Shown: positions 1-9,303, counted from the first letter of the stretch. The stretch is DNA of 64,000 nt from Candidatus Omnitrophota bacterium (GCA_015231405.1 JADGBR010000001.1:155964-219963), one strand, 5' to 3'. The notes: generated by a model from the letters alone, not told the origin. Numbers and translations: made by a program.

Positions 1-1048
1 CTCTTTCCTGTTCTGCATATTGCTTTTGATGGTTCTGGGAGTGATAGGGGACATACTTGGCTTTTTGGACGACATATTCAAGAACAATATCCCGCTCTCA
101 AGCATTTTCCAGTTCTATTTGTATTTCACTCCGTTCGCGTTCGTAAATATGGTCCCGTTCGCTTGCCTCATCAGCGCGGTTTTCGTATTCAATACCCTCA
201 GCAAAAATCACGAGATATCCGCGATAATTACCAGCGGGGTAAGCCTATGGGCACCCATCAGGCCGGTCCTGATCGCCACTTTTATAATATGCCTTTTTAC
301 GTTCGTCGTTAACGAGAAACTTGTTCCGCCGACCGTTAAGAAGGCCGGGGACATAAAGCAGGAAAAACTTGAGAATCCCGGCGATGCCGGTCAGAAGGCG
401 ATATCCAATATCGCTATTTACGGAAAGTCTAACCGGATGATATTCGCCAAGGAGTTCCTGCCCAAAGAACAGAAGATCAATGAGCTTATAATACATGAGC
501 AGGATAGGAACAAGTCTGTTGTGAGAAAAATAAACGTGAAGACGGCCGAATGGGATCAAAAAGGTTATTGGATCGGAACGGATATCCTGGTGTTCGACAG
601 GGACAGAAGCGGAGAGTTCTCTCTCGACCCTAAATACTTCAAATCCAAGCAGCTTTCCATCGAAGAAGGACCTGCTGAGTTCATAAACGATCAATCCGAC
701 CCGAAATTCATGAGCTACAAGACGTTGTCCCGATATATCAAGGTGGTTTCACAGAATTCGGCCGTATCTGTCAAAAGGCTGATAGTTGATCTCAATTATA
801 AGATCTCATTTCCCTTTACAGCCATGATAACGGTCATTGTTGGGATCCCTTTCAGCATTTCCACGGGAAGGGTCAATGCCCTTATCGGAATGGCCAGGGG
901 TATAGTGATAGCGATGATGTATATTCCCGTAATGGCTGTTTCTCTCGCTTTCGGCAAGTCAGGAGCCATTGACCCGGCATTGTCAGCCTGGCTCGCGTAC
1001 GCCCTTTTTGCGCTTGTCGGTATCCTTGCGGTTAATTTGCGAAGTTGA
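1..1048 (+). CDS. LptF/LptG-family LPS export permease (YjgP/YjgQ), 5' end truncated by window edge
   Basis: Frame is open from base 2 (ORF track begins at 20 at an internal Met). Translation aligns with LptG from about residue 15 onward: N-terminal TM helices, periplasmic beta-jellyroll region, C-terminal TM bundle. About 15 aa appear to be missing upstream. Confidence 0.7.
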   Translation, partial: SFLFCILLLMVLGVIGDILGFLDDIFKNNIPLSSIFQFYLYFTPFAFVNMVPFACLISAVFVFNTLSKNHEISAIITSGVSLWAPIRPVLIATFIICLFTFVVNEKLVPPTVKKAGDIKQEKLENPGDAGQKAISNIAIYGKSNRMIFAKEFLPKEQKINELIIHEQDRNKSVVRKINVKTAEWDQKGYWIGTDILVFDRDRSGEFSLDPKYFKSKQLSIEEGPAEFINDQSDPKFMSYKTLSRYIKVVSQNSAVSVKRLIVDLNYKISFPFTAMITVIVGIPFSISTGRVNALIGMARGIVIAMMYIPVMAVSLAFGKSGAIDPALSAWLAYALFALVGILAVNLRS

Positions 1049-1138
1049 CCCGGGGTAATCGATAGTACGGCGATAGTTGCGAGTCAGACAGGGAAACTCA
1101 TGAACATCAAAAAGTCATAGCCAGAGAAGGAGAAAGAT

Positions 1139-1270
1139 ATGGATGACAAAGTATTGGAATTTGCTGAAGAAAAAAAACATATAATTAATGAGCTAAAGAG
1201 CGCATATGAGATAATATCTAGACTTCAGAAAGAGAACGATGAATTAAGAAAAAAGTTGCAGCTGAAGTAA
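1139..1270 (+). CDS. small 43-aa coiled-coil protein (hypothetical)
   Basis: ATG at 1139 lies 6 nt after an AAGGAG Shine-Dalgarno. Translation MDDKVLEFAEEKKHIINELKSAYEIISRLQKENDELRKKLQLK, stop TAA at 1268-1270. Not in ORF track (under 60 aa). 3' end overlaps the convergent comF stop. Confidence 0.3.
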   Translation: MDDKVLEFAEEKKHIINELKSAYEIISRLQKENDELRKKLQLK

Positions 1271-1984
1271 TGGAACTATTGCATATAGAGGAAGCATCTT
1301 ACGAGAAGATAAATCACGTAACACTCTCGCCAACGTGAATCCTATCACCTGTTTCGCCCCCTTTGCTAATAACTCTTTCGAACAGGTTTCGATCGTGGCT
1401 CCCGTGGTTATTACATCGTCGGTAAGGAGGACTGTACGGCCGTAAATTTGTTCGCTTGAGGTTACAGTGAACGAGCCCCGGAGGTTCTTAACTCTTTTTT
1501 CGCGCGAGAGTCCCATTTGTGAGGAGGTGTTGACCGTTTTTCTGAGGATGTCAGTGAGTAACGGTTTGCCCAGCGTCCGGGATAGACCATAGGCTAATAT
1601 TGCGCTTTGATTATAGCCTCGCGACCTGAACCTTTCCCGTGAGATAGGCACCGGAACGAGTAAATCGACGCCGTCTAAGATGGACGGATACAGGGCGATG
1701 AACCTTTCAATTATCCACAAAAACTCGCTCATCATATCCCTGCATTTTTTATATTTAAAAAGATGGAGGCATTTCATAATGATCCCGTTGTATTCAACGC
1801 AGGATATAACGTTATCCACGTAGCCGCCTAAACGAGGCGAAAGGAGTTGCTGCCCGGAAAGTTCTTTATGACATCCTGAACATATCGGCATAGGTCCGTT
1901 CCTATTTTCTTTTTTGCACAAAGGACATTTGGGGGGTAGCAAGAGTTTGCTAATATCCGCTAGGAGGGGGATAATATTTAACAT
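1244..1984 (-). CDS. comF: ComF-family protein (phosphoribosyltransferase-like, ComFC)
   Basis: N-terminal C-x2-C...C-x2-C zinc finger (CPLCKK...CSGCHKEL). C-terminal PRTase motif LLTDDVITTGATIE. Confidence 0.7.
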   Translation of the reverse strand: MLNIIPLLADISKLLLPPKCPLCKKENRNGPMPICSGCHKELSGQQLLSPRLGGYVDNVISCVEYNGIIMKCLHLFKYKKCRDMMSEFLWIIERFIALYPSILDGVDLLVPVPISRERFRSRGYNQSAILAYGLSRTLGKPLLTDILRKTVNTSSQMGLSREKRVKNLRGSFTVTSSEQIYGRTVLLTDDVITTGATIETCSKELLAKGAKQVIGFTLARVLRDLSSRKMLPLYAIVPLLQLQLFS

Positions 1985-2064
1985 ATTAATATAGACACAT
2001 TATTGGATCAAAATGTTTCAAAAAATCTTGATTTTAATGTTAGTTCCGTTAAAATACCTAAGTA

Positions 2065-2472
2065 ATGAATAAGGAAAACAAAAGAGATATTTCTATATTA
2101 TTCCTGCGGATCATGTTAGGATCTATTTTTTTCGCGCATGGAGCGCAGAAATTGTTTGGCATGTTCGGAGGTATCGGGATCGAAGGAACGACGCGGATGA
2201 TGGAGGGGCTGGGGTTTTACGCACCTGAAACCTGCGCTGTTGTATGGTCATTTATCGAGTTTTTCGGCGGGATATTTCTCGCTTTCGGGGTCTTGGCCAG
2301 ATATGCCGCCCTTTTACTATCGTTCATTATGGCAATAAGTATATTAAAAATTAATGCCTCTTACGGATTCTTTATTCAGAACGGAGGGTATGAATACAAT
2401 TTGCTGATAATTGTCTCTTGTTTGCCCGTCATTCTACTTGGTGGCGGTAAGTGGTCGTTGTGGGACGTGTAG
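2065..2472 (+). CDS. DoxX-family membrane protein
   Basis: ILFLRIMLGSIFFAHGAQKLFG motif typical of DoxX. 135 aa, about 4 TM helices. Confidence 0.7.
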   Translation: MNKENKRDISILFLRIMLGSIFFAHGAQKLFGMFGGIGIEGTTRMMEGLGFYAPETCAVVWSFIEFFGGIFLAFGVLARYAALLLSFIMAISILKINASYGFFIQNGGYEYNLLIIVSCLPVILLGGGKWSLWDV

Positions 2473-2490
2473 TTGTATGGAGGAGGAAAG

Positions 2491-2676
2491 ATGAAAGTTA
2501 CAATAGATGTAGACACATGTATAGGCTGCGGATTATGCGTTCAGATAGAACCATTGGCCTTTGAGATAGAGCTTGACAAGGCAGTTGTTAAGAGTGATAT
2601 CGGTAACGCCGATCCAGGGGAAGTCCGAAGAGCGTCTGACCAATGTCCCGTCGACGCCATAAGGGTATCGGAATGA
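2491..2676 (+). CDS. small single-cluster 4Fe-4S ferredoxin
   Basis: GGAGGA SD precedes ATG 2491. CIGCGLC ... C-P (DQCPVDAI) pattern of mono-cluster ferredoxins. Stop overlaps next start (ATGA at 2673-2676). Confidence 0.6.
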   Translation: MKVTIDVDTCIGCGLCVQIEPLAFEIELDKAVVKSDIGNADPGEVRRASDQCPVDAIRVSE

Positions 2677-3473
2677 TAAGCCCATTGTTGAAAAAGATCC
2701 TTGTGTCCGTCGTATCGTTGGCGGTCATATTGCTTTTTTTCGCTTTTTTAGATTCCCGGAGGGTAACGCCCGTATTGATGTACCATTCAATAAGCGTCGG
2801 AGGTGATAGCGGCACGCTTCAAGTTTCTCCTGAAAACTTTGACAGGCAAATGCGCTACCTTTCCAGGCGAGGATATAAGGTTATAACTTTGGACGAGCTT
2901 TATTCGTTCATGAAAGAAGGCAAAAAATATCTTCCCCGCACCGTGGCCATAACATTTGACGACGGTTTCGAGGATAATTATGTTAACGCTTTTCCAATTC
3001 TTTCAAAGTATAACATGCCTGCGACGATCTTTCTCGTGACGGGGTATATCGGGAAAAAAGAGAAATATCTGAACTGGGACCAGGTGCGTCTCATGCAAAA
3101 AAACGGTATCGATTTTGGCTGCCATACAATGAATCACGCTTATCTTCCTACGCTAAAGAGCGAGGATGAAGTGCTGGCGGAGATAAACGGGAGTAAGAAC
3201 GACCTTGAAAATAATATCGGCACGGATGCCGGGTTCTTTTGTTATCCTACCGGCGGATATAATCAAAAGGTAAAAGAGCTTGTCAGGAGATCCGGATTTC
3301 TTATGGCGTTCACCACTAAACGCGGGGGTAATGCGGATAACATGGATCTATTCGCACTGAACAGGATCAAAGTAACTAACTCGGATATGGTGAAGCCCTT
3401 GCACTTTAAGGCCAAATTGTCAGGCTTTTATAACATACTCAGGACCGCCAGAGACGGGGAATCGGGGTATTAG
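2673..3473 (+). CDS. polysaccharide deacetylase (NodB-homology, CE4) with N-terminal TM anchor
   Basis: TFDDGFEDNY, FLVTGYIG, HTMNHAYL, CYPTGGY motifs of CE4 deacetylases. An alternative upstream ATG at 2643 overlaps the ferredoxin. Confidence 0.75.
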   Translation: MISPLLKKILVSVVSLAVILLFFAFLDSRRVTPVLMYHSISVGGDSGTLQVSPENFDRQMRYLSRRGYKVITLDELYSFMKEGKKYLPRTVAITFDDGFEDNYVNAFPILSKYNMPATIFLVTGYIGKKEKYLNWDQVRLMQKNGIDFGCHTMNHAYLPTLKSEDEVLAEINGSKNDLENNIGTDAGFFCYPTGGYNQKVKELVRRSGFLMAFTTKRGGNADNMDLFALNRIKVTNSDMVKPLHFKAKLSGFYNILRTARDGESGY

Positions 3474-3487
3474 GTAAAGGAGGCAAC

Positions 3488-4777
3488 ATGAGCGATTCTA
3501 TCAGTTACGACACGAAATATCTTGGCGCTTTTGTGACAAATAAGGACATAGAGAATATTTTGCCTGAACTCGAGACCGCGCATAATTATCTGACACGGAA
3601 GAACGGACCGGGGAAAGATTTTCTGGGTTGGACGGACCTTCCGACGAGTACCGGCAGGGCAATGCTTCTGGATATGGTGAAAACCGCGTCCCGCCTTCGT
3701 AAAAAAGCTGATATTATAATAGTGGTCGGCATCGGAGGGTCCTACCTTGGCGCTAAAGCCGCGATAGAAATGCTCACGCCCGAGTTCGGCGAAAAAAAGG
3801 TCTTTTTTGCCGGGTTCAATATTTGCGATGAATATCTTGACGGTCTTTTAAGGATGGCCAAAGGGAAAGAAATAGCCGTCAACGTTATCTCAAAATCGGG
3901 AACTACAACGGAACCGGCGATAGCTTTCCGGATGATCTTCGACCTTATGAAGAAAAAATATTCACGGAAGGAACTAGCCGGGAGAATAGTCTGCACTACC
4001 GATAATAAGAGAGGGGCGTTAAAAGCGATGGCTGACGCTAACGGGTACAAATGTTATGTCATCCCCGACGATGTAGGAGGGAGATTCTCAGTGCTTTCAC
4101 CTGTAGGTCTTTTTCCGGCCGCCGCCGCCGGGATCGATATAAGCGAGATGATAAAAGGGGCCCAAAAATGCCGCAAGGAGCTGTCTTCTCCCGATATCAA
4201 TAAAAATCAATGCTATAAATACGCCGCCGTAAGGAATATTCTTTACAGAAAAGGGAAACGGATAGAAGTGCTGTCGAATTTCGATAATAAGTTCCATTTT
4301 GTCTCCGAATGGTGGAAACAGCTTTTCGGAGAAAGCGAGGGGAAGGCCTCTAAGGGCATATTCCCGGCGTCCTGCGATTTCAGCGCCGATCTTCATTCTA
4401 TGGGCCAGTTCCTTCAGGACGGCTCCCGGAATATCTTCGAGACTTTTCTTGTTGACTGTGAGGACCGGGACATGTGTGTTATCCCCAAAGAGAAGTCGGA
4501 TACTGACGAGCTGAACTATCTCGCCGGGAAGAGCCTCTCTTTTGTGAACAGAAAAGCGTATATGGCCACCAGCGAAGCCCATTTCGAGGGAGGAGTTCCG
4601 AACTCTTCGATCATGATCCCGGCCAAAACGGCTTTTTATCTGGGACAACTTTTCTACTTTTTCCAGACCGCCGTCGCTATTTCCGGATATATATCGGGAG
4701 TTAATCCCTTCGACCAGCCCGGTGTCGAGGCATATAAGAAGAAGATGTTCAAGCTGTTGGGGAAACCCGGAGCGTGA
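3488..4777 (+). CDS. pgi: glucose-6-phosphate isomerase (short bacterial/B. subtilis-type PGI)
   Basis: IIVVGIGGSYLGAKAAIE nucleotide/sugar-phosphate binding motif; SKSGTTTEP; whole-length collinearity with the ~450-aa PGI family. AGGAGG SD upstream. Confidence 0.9.
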   Translation: MSDSISYDTKYLGAFVTNKDIENILPELETAHNYLTRKNGPGKDFLGWTDLPTSTGRAMLLDMVKTASRLRKKADIIIVVGIGGSYLGAKAAIEMLTPEFGEKKVFFAGFNICDEYLDGLLRMAKGKEIAVNVISKSGTTTEPAIAFRMIFDLMKKKYSRKELAGRIVCTTDNKRGALKAMADANGYKCYVIPDDVGGRFSVLSPVGLFPAAAAGIDISEMIKGAQKCRKELSSPDINKNQCYKYAAVRNILYRKGKRIEVLSNFDNKFHFVSEWWKQLFGESEGKASKGIFPASCDFSADLHSMGQFLQDGSRNIFETFLVDCEDRDMCVIPKEKSDTDELNYLAGKSLSFVNRKAYMATSEAHFEGGVPNSSIMIPAKTAFYLGQLFYFFQTAVAISGYISGVNPFDQPGVEAYKKKMFKLLGKPGA

Positions 4778-4803
4778 GACTAACGTAAATATGTTCGGGA
4801 ATA

Positions 4804-4957
4804 CAGAATCCAGGATCCAGAATACAGAATAGGGAATACGGGATACGGAATTATCGGGTCTATATGAAGTAGTCGAATAAGGGAATATCTTTTAGATATG
4901 TTCCACCTATTCTGGATCCTGACTTCTGGATTCTTCATTCTATATCCTGTTTTTTTA
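4804..4957 (+). terminator. palindromic low-complexity repeat element (CAGAATA/GGATCCAGAATA arms) ending in a T7 run; probable pgi terminator and REP-like element
   Basis: Left arm 4804-4832 (acagaatccaggatccagaatacagaatag). Right arm 4908-4945 (ctattctggatcctgacttctggattcttcattctat). The arms are inverse-complementary with one 5-nt indel. tttttttt at 4950-4957. A second copy of the motif family sits at 12539-12622. Confidence 0.45.
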
Positions 4958-4977
4958 GACTACTTTAGAACTCAATT

Positions 4978-5937
4978 ATGGAGATCCATTTCACATCAAG
5001 CACGATAGCCCTTGCGGTAGTCAAACTGGTTATCCTGATGGCTGCAGGCTATATTCTTTATCTTAGAAAGATCATAAACGACTGTTTTGTAGAGGACCTG
5101 GGTCAGCTTCTTGTCAAGGTCGTCATACCTTGTCTGGTCGCTTCGAGAATAATCATGAATTTCGATTATGCCGGGTACTCCGACTGGTGGCGCTTTCCGC
5201 TTTTCGGTATGGGCTATTCCGTTTTTGGTATGCTGCTCGGCTTCGTCGTGAGCAAGTATCTGGTGAAGAACTCCCCGGTAAAAGAGTTCATGTGTTCTGT
5301 GGGGATAGAGAACTGCGGATATTTGCCGATGAACCTCATTATCTTCGCCTTTTCCGGTGAATTTCAGAACAGGCTTTTGATCTATACTTTTCTTTTTATG
5401 ACAGGATTTGATATGCTCGTATGGTCGGTGATCCCCCTTTTTCTTAAAGGAGATCTTAGGGGTTCTATTAAACCGGGTATATTTGTCACGGCGCCGATGA
5501 TCGCCATAGTATTTTCTTTGTCATGGGTGGCTGTTTTTGGAAAAGGCAATTTTCCGGGACTTTTGATGGACCCCATGAGTATGATAGGAGGAATGGGCTT
5601 TCCGATGGGTATGATCGTTCTCGGGGCGTATCTATGCAAGCACAAAGCCATTGTTCCCCAGAAAAGCACCGCTGTTATCGCCAGTATTTTTCTTAAACTT
5701 TTGGCTTTTCCCATTATTATGATTATACTTTTACACGTGTGCCGTGTACAGACCGATGTCAGGTTCTTTCTTTTTCTGGAAGCAATTGTTCCTACGGCGG
5801 TTTCGCTTGTCATCATAGGGGCTTATACCGGGGCGGATAATGCTTTTTTCGCCAGCGTTATATTTTATTCGCATCTTTTCGCTGTATTCACTATCCCTTT
5901 ATGGCTCGAGTTTTACAGGTTCATTTATAAAATCTAA
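4978..5937 (+). CDS. AEC-family (auxin-efflux-carrier/malate permease-like) membrane transporter
   Basis: 319 aa, about 10 TM helices. The N-terminal pattern (AVVKLVILMAAGY...R, then a hydrophilic break) resembles the AEC/Mleb fold. Confidence 0.45.
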   Translation: MEIHFTSSTIALAVVKLVILMAAGYILYLRKIINDCFVEDLGQLLVKVVIPCLVASRIIMNFDYAGYSDWWRFPLFGMGYSVFGMLLGFVVSKYLVKNSPVKEFMCSVGIENCGYLPMNLIIFAFSGEFQNRLLIYTFLFMTGFDMLVWSVIPLFLKGDLRGSIKPGIFVTAPMIAIVFSLSWVAVFGKGNFPGLLMDPMSMIGGMGFPMGMIVLGAYLCKHKAIVPQKSTAVIASIFLKLLAFPIIMIILLHVCRVQTDVRFFLFLEAIVPTAVSLVIIGAYTGADNAFFASVIFYSHLFAVFTIPLWLEFYRFIYKI

Positions 5938-5946
5938 GGAGGGTTC

Positions 5947-8403
5947 ATGTCGATACGTAAATTAACCCCAAAAGACCTTAAAAGCGTGTGCGACCCCTCA
6001 TCGTTCCCGTTTAAAACAACTGATGATTACGATTTTGAGTACGAGCCCCTTCACCAGGAAAGGGGTGTAAAAGGGATCGAGTTCGCGCTTAACGTGAAGT
6101 CCGAGGGATATAATCTGTTCGTATGCGGGCCTTCCGGAACGGGAAGGAACACGCTTGTCAAGAAGCTGGTATATGAGATCGCCCCCAGACAGAGGACCCC
6201 GGACGACTGGGTTTATGTGTACAATTTCGTGAGAGAGGATGAGCCCGTCGCCATAAGGCTTCCCGCGGGTAAGGGGAAAGTGTTCAAAAGGGATATCGAC
6301 GAGATGGTCGAAGACCTGAAGATAGATATCCCTAAAGCTTTTGAGAGCGAGGACTACGAGAAAAGGAAGCATGAGATACTCAAGGATTACAAAGAAAGAA
6401 GGGATATAACATTCCAGGAAATAGAGGACCAGGCTTACGAGAACGGGTTCGTCCTTAAACAGACCGCTACCGGCATCATTCTTGTCCCGAGAATAGAGGA
6501 CAGGGCGATGAGCACTGAGGAGTTCGAGAAGATACCGCAGGAAGAAAAGGAAGCGATAGAAAAAGAAAAACATAAACTGCACATTAAGATCGACCAGGTA
6601 CTTAACGAAGTCCGTGCGATGGAAAAGGACGCGAAGGCGAGGATAAAACAGCTGGAGAAAGAGGTCATTCTTTACTCGGTGCGCCATACCATAGACGAGC
6701 TCCGGTTCAAGTTCAGGGAATTCGAGGACGTCATCCAGCACCTTAACAGGCTGCAGGATGATATCCTGTCGAACATAGATCTTTTCAAGGCGGAGGAGGA
6801 CGCGCCGCAGCCGATGCCTTTTATGCCGGTCAAAAGCCCCGAACAGCAGAATGTTTTCAAGAAATACCAGGTAAACCTGCTGGTTGACCACGGCGGGTCC
6901 GAAGGCGCTCCGGTCATATTCGAGCCTAACCCGACATATTACAATCTTATCGGGCGGATCGAATACGCGGCGAATTTCGGGGCGATGACCACTGATTTCA
7001 CGATGATCGCTCCCGGGGCAATGCACAAGGCGAACGGTGGATATCTCATTCTTCAGGCTATGGACGTGATGAAAGGGTTCATGGTGTGGGAAACGTTGAA
7101 GAGGGTGATCAAGAACCATGAGATAAAAGTCGAAGACATAAACGAGCAGTACAGGGTGATTTCGACTACCAGTCTCAAGCCGAGCCCGATCCCATCAGAG
7201 ATCAAGATAATAATGGTGGGTCCGACTTGGCTTTACCAGGTTTTGTATCATCATGACGATGAGTTCAAGAAACTATTCAAGGTTAAAGCCGATTTTGATG
7301 TCGAGATGAAGCGCGATGATGAGAAAATAAAGAAATACGCGGCTTTTATCAAGGTGCGGTGCGATGAGGAAAAACTAAGGCACTTGGACAGGAAAGCCGT
7401 CGCACAGATAGTCGAATACGGGGCCCGTATCCTTGGCAAGAAAGACAAACTCTCGGCCAGGTTCGTCAATATAGCCGATATCTTACGCGAGGCTAATTAC
7501 TGGGCCGGGCTGGAGGGTTCCGAGTACATCAACGACATTCATGTTAGAAAAGCCATTGAGGAGAAATCGTACAGGTCAAATCTTATCGAAGATAAGATCG
7601 GTGAGCTTATCGAGAAAGGGATACTGATGGTAGACGTGGATGGCGAGAAGGTCGGTCAGATAAACGGTCTTGCTGTTTACGATATGGGAGATTACATGTT
7701 CGGCAAACCCTCCAGGATCACTGTTAGAACATACATGGGGCAGGCCGGTGTCGTGGATATCGAGCGCCAGGTAAAGATGGGAGGGAACACCCATTCAAAA
7801 GGGGTGCTTATCCTTAACGGCTATATTGGGCAGAAATTCGCCCAGAACCACCCTTTAAGCCTTACCGCGAGTATCTGTTTCGAGCAGTCTTACGACGGTA
7901 TTGACGGGGATTCCGCTTCCTCGACCGAGGCTTATTGCCTGTTGTCGTCGCTTTCCGGAGTGCCGCTTAAACAGGGCATCGCCGTAACGGGATCCATGAA
8001 CCAGCACGGCGAGGTACAGCCCATCGGAGGGGTCAATCAGAAGATCGAGGGCTTTTACCATGTATGTAAGATCAAGGGTCTTACCGGCAAGCAGGGCGTC
8101 ATGATACCTCAAACTAACGTGGAACACCTTATGCTGAAAGATGAGGTCATAGACGCGGTCTCCGCGGGAAGGTTCCATATCTGGGCAGTATCATCCATTG
8201 ATGAGGGGATAGAAGTGCTTACCGGGAAAAAGGCCGGCACAATAGGGAATAAAAACACATATCCAAAAGGGACGATCAATGAGCTCGTCCAGAAAAAACT
8301 TACGGAGTACTCAAAAAAGGGCGCGTCTGGCAAAAAAAATGATCAAAGAAAGTCAGCCAAGAAAAAGAAAAAAAAGATAAAACCCAAAGTCGGGAAAAAA
8401 TGA
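5947..8403 (+). CDS. Lon-like ATP-dependent protease (COG1067/LonB-type: AAA+ module plus Lon_C serine-lysine protease domain) with poly-Lys tail
   Basis: Walker A GPSGTGRNT. C-terminal Lon proteolytic domain with catalytic Ser (IDGDSASSTEAY) and Lys (NQKIEGF). K-rich C-terminal tail (KKKKKKIKPKVGKK). AAGGAGG SD. Confidence 0.75.
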   Translation: MSIRKLTPKDLKSVCDPSSFPFKTTDDYDFEYEPLHQERGVKGIEFALNVKSEGYNLFVCGPSGTGRNTLVKKLVYEIAPRQRTPDDWVYVYNFVREDEPVAIRLPAGKGKVFKRDIDEMVEDLKIDIPKAFESEDYEKRKHEILKDYKERRDITFQEIEDQAYENGFVLKQTATGIILVPRIEDRAMSTEEFEKIPQEEKEAIEKEKHKLHIKIDQVLNEVRAMEKDAKARIKQLEKEVILYSVRHTIDELRFKFREFEDVIQHLNRLQDDILSNIDLFKAEEDAPQPMPFMPVKSPEQQNVFKKYQVNLLVDHGGSEGAPVIFEPNPTYYNLIGRIEYAANFGAMTTDFTMIAPGAMHKANGGYLILQAMDVMKGFMVWETLKRVIKNHEIKVEDINEQYRVISTTSLKPSPIPSEIKIIMVGPTWLYQVLYHHDDEFKKLFKVKADFDVEMKRDDEKIKKYAAFIKVRCDEEKLRHLDRKAVAQIVEYGARILGKKDKLSARFVNIADILREANYWAGLEGSEYINDIHVRKAIEEKSYRSNLIEDKIGELIEKGILMVDVDGEKVGQINGLAVYDMGDYMFGKPSRITVRTYMGQAGVVDIERQVKMGGNTHSKGVLILNGYIGQKFAQNHPLSLTASICFEQSYDGIDGDSASSTEAYCLLSSLSGVPLKQGIAVTGSMNQHGEVQPIGGVNQKIEGFYHVCKIKGLTGKQGVMIPQTNVEHLMLKDEVIDAVSAGRFHIWAVSSIDEGIEVLTGKKAGTIGNKNTYPKGTINELVQKKLTEYSKKGASGKKNDQRKSAKKKKKKIKPKVGKK

Positions 8404-8447
8404 AGTGTCGGGAGAAAACATCGAACAAAAACGGAGGTGGGAGTGTT

Positions 8448-9002
8448 ATGAGGTATTTACTGATATTGGTTGCGGGCGCGATATTGTCGACGGCGGCTCT
8501 TCCGAGTGACTCAATGGCCCGGGAAATGGCAAGCCTGTACGAAAGATTCAGCGCGATGAAGGAAGTGAAAGTGTTCGTATCGGACATAACCGATTCGACA
8601 CAGAATAAAAAAACAGACCTCGCGGCCCTGAAAAAAGAGCTTGAGAACGCGTTCGTCACAAGGAGAAGCTTGAAGTTCAGAGTTGTTAATGCCAGGGAAG
8701 AGGCCGATATAGCCATTGGAATGAATGTAACTGAATTTTATTGGACTTCGGATGATCCCATTGACATGGTCATGGGAGTAGGCGGCGTGGTCATGGATGC
8801 CATGAAAAAAGAGAATTACGGCCGTATCCAGACTATCATTAGTGTCACGGATGTCAAAAAGAACAGGGAGATCTGGAATAGCCAAGAGAAAGCGACTATC
8901 ACGGATAAACAAATGACAGAGCAGGATAGCGTAAAGCTTCTCAATGAGCGCATTGTAAAGATATTCATTAGGGATTGTTTTAGTAAGTCCCGCAGCAAAT
9001 AA
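8448..9002 (+). CDS. hypothetical secreted protein
   Basis: Signal peptide MRYLLILVAGAILSTAALPSDSMA. No recognisable domain. Confidence 0.4.
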   Translation: MRYLLILVAGAILSTAALPSDSMAREMASLYERFSAMKEVKVFVSDITDSTQNKKTDLAALKKELENAFVTRRSLKFRVVNAREEADIAIGMNVTEFYWTSDDPIDMVMGVGGVVMDAMKKENYGRIQTIISVTDVKKNREIWNSQEKATITDKQMTEQDSVKLLNERIVKIFIRDCFSKSRSK

Positions 9003-9087
9003 GATAGAACATGGACCTTGGAATTCAGAGCCGGGGCTTTTGTTGCGTGCTCCCATGATGAAGCTTTATGAATTCCGTGGCGCAAAA

Positions 9088-9182
9088 CCCCGCCGTTAAC
9101 GGCGGGGTCGGGAAATTCGCCTCAATATGAACCCATACCTTGAAACCCCGGGCTTTCGTTCGGGGAGTATGAATGGGTTCAT
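9088..9182 (+). other. nested stem-loop element (perfect 20-nt palindrome plus an outer 12-bp stem enclosing an inner hairpin)
   Basis: ccccgccgttaacggcgggg (9088-9107). atgaacccatac (9127-9138) pairs with gtatgaatgggttcat (9167-9182) and encloses ccccgggctttcgttcgggg. Confidence 0.35.
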
Positions 9183-9213
9183 TCTTCTTCCTTGCGATCC
9201 GGTTAGTTGCCGC

Positions 9214-9242
9214 TTGACAAAACCCGGGCTGGATCGTACAAT
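9214..9242 (+). promoter_or_regulatory. consensus sigma-70-type promoter of clpB (TTGACA-17-TACAAT)
   Basis: TTGACA at 9214-9219, 17-nt spacer, TACAAT at 9237-9242. About 60 nt upstream of the clpB ATG. Confidence 0.6.
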
Positions 9243-9243
9243 A

Positions 9244-9273
9244 CATATAGACGAATGTAAATATGTCTATATG
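9244..9273 (+). promoter_or_regulatory. 9-N12-9 perfect inverted repeat (CATATAGAC-N12-GTCTATATG) immediately downstream of the clpB -10; candidate repressor operator
   Basis: Perfect 9-bp arms. The position overlaps the expected transcription start. It matches neither CIRCE (TTAGCACTC-N9-GAGTGCTAA) nor CtsR heptad repeats. Confidence 0.5.
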
Positions 9274-9303
9274 TGCGTTTGATCATTATTAAAGGAGAAC
9301 GCG

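Noticed and set aside
5998-7119. Long minus-strand ORFs (373 aa at 5998..7119; also 10525..11490, 21547..22527, 25865..26863, 63269..63973)
   Set aside because: Each lies entirely antisense to a well-supported conserved gene (Lon-like, clpB, REC-PAS-HD-GYP, the giant gene, cysS) and has low-complexity, Arg/Leu/Phe-biased translation. These are shadow ORFs, not genes.
5947-8403. Lon-like protease as BrxL of a BREX defence system
   Set aside because: No pglZ, pglX, brxA, brxB or brxC homologues flank it. It is embedded among housekeeping genes. COG1067-type stand-alone LonB-like proteases are common.
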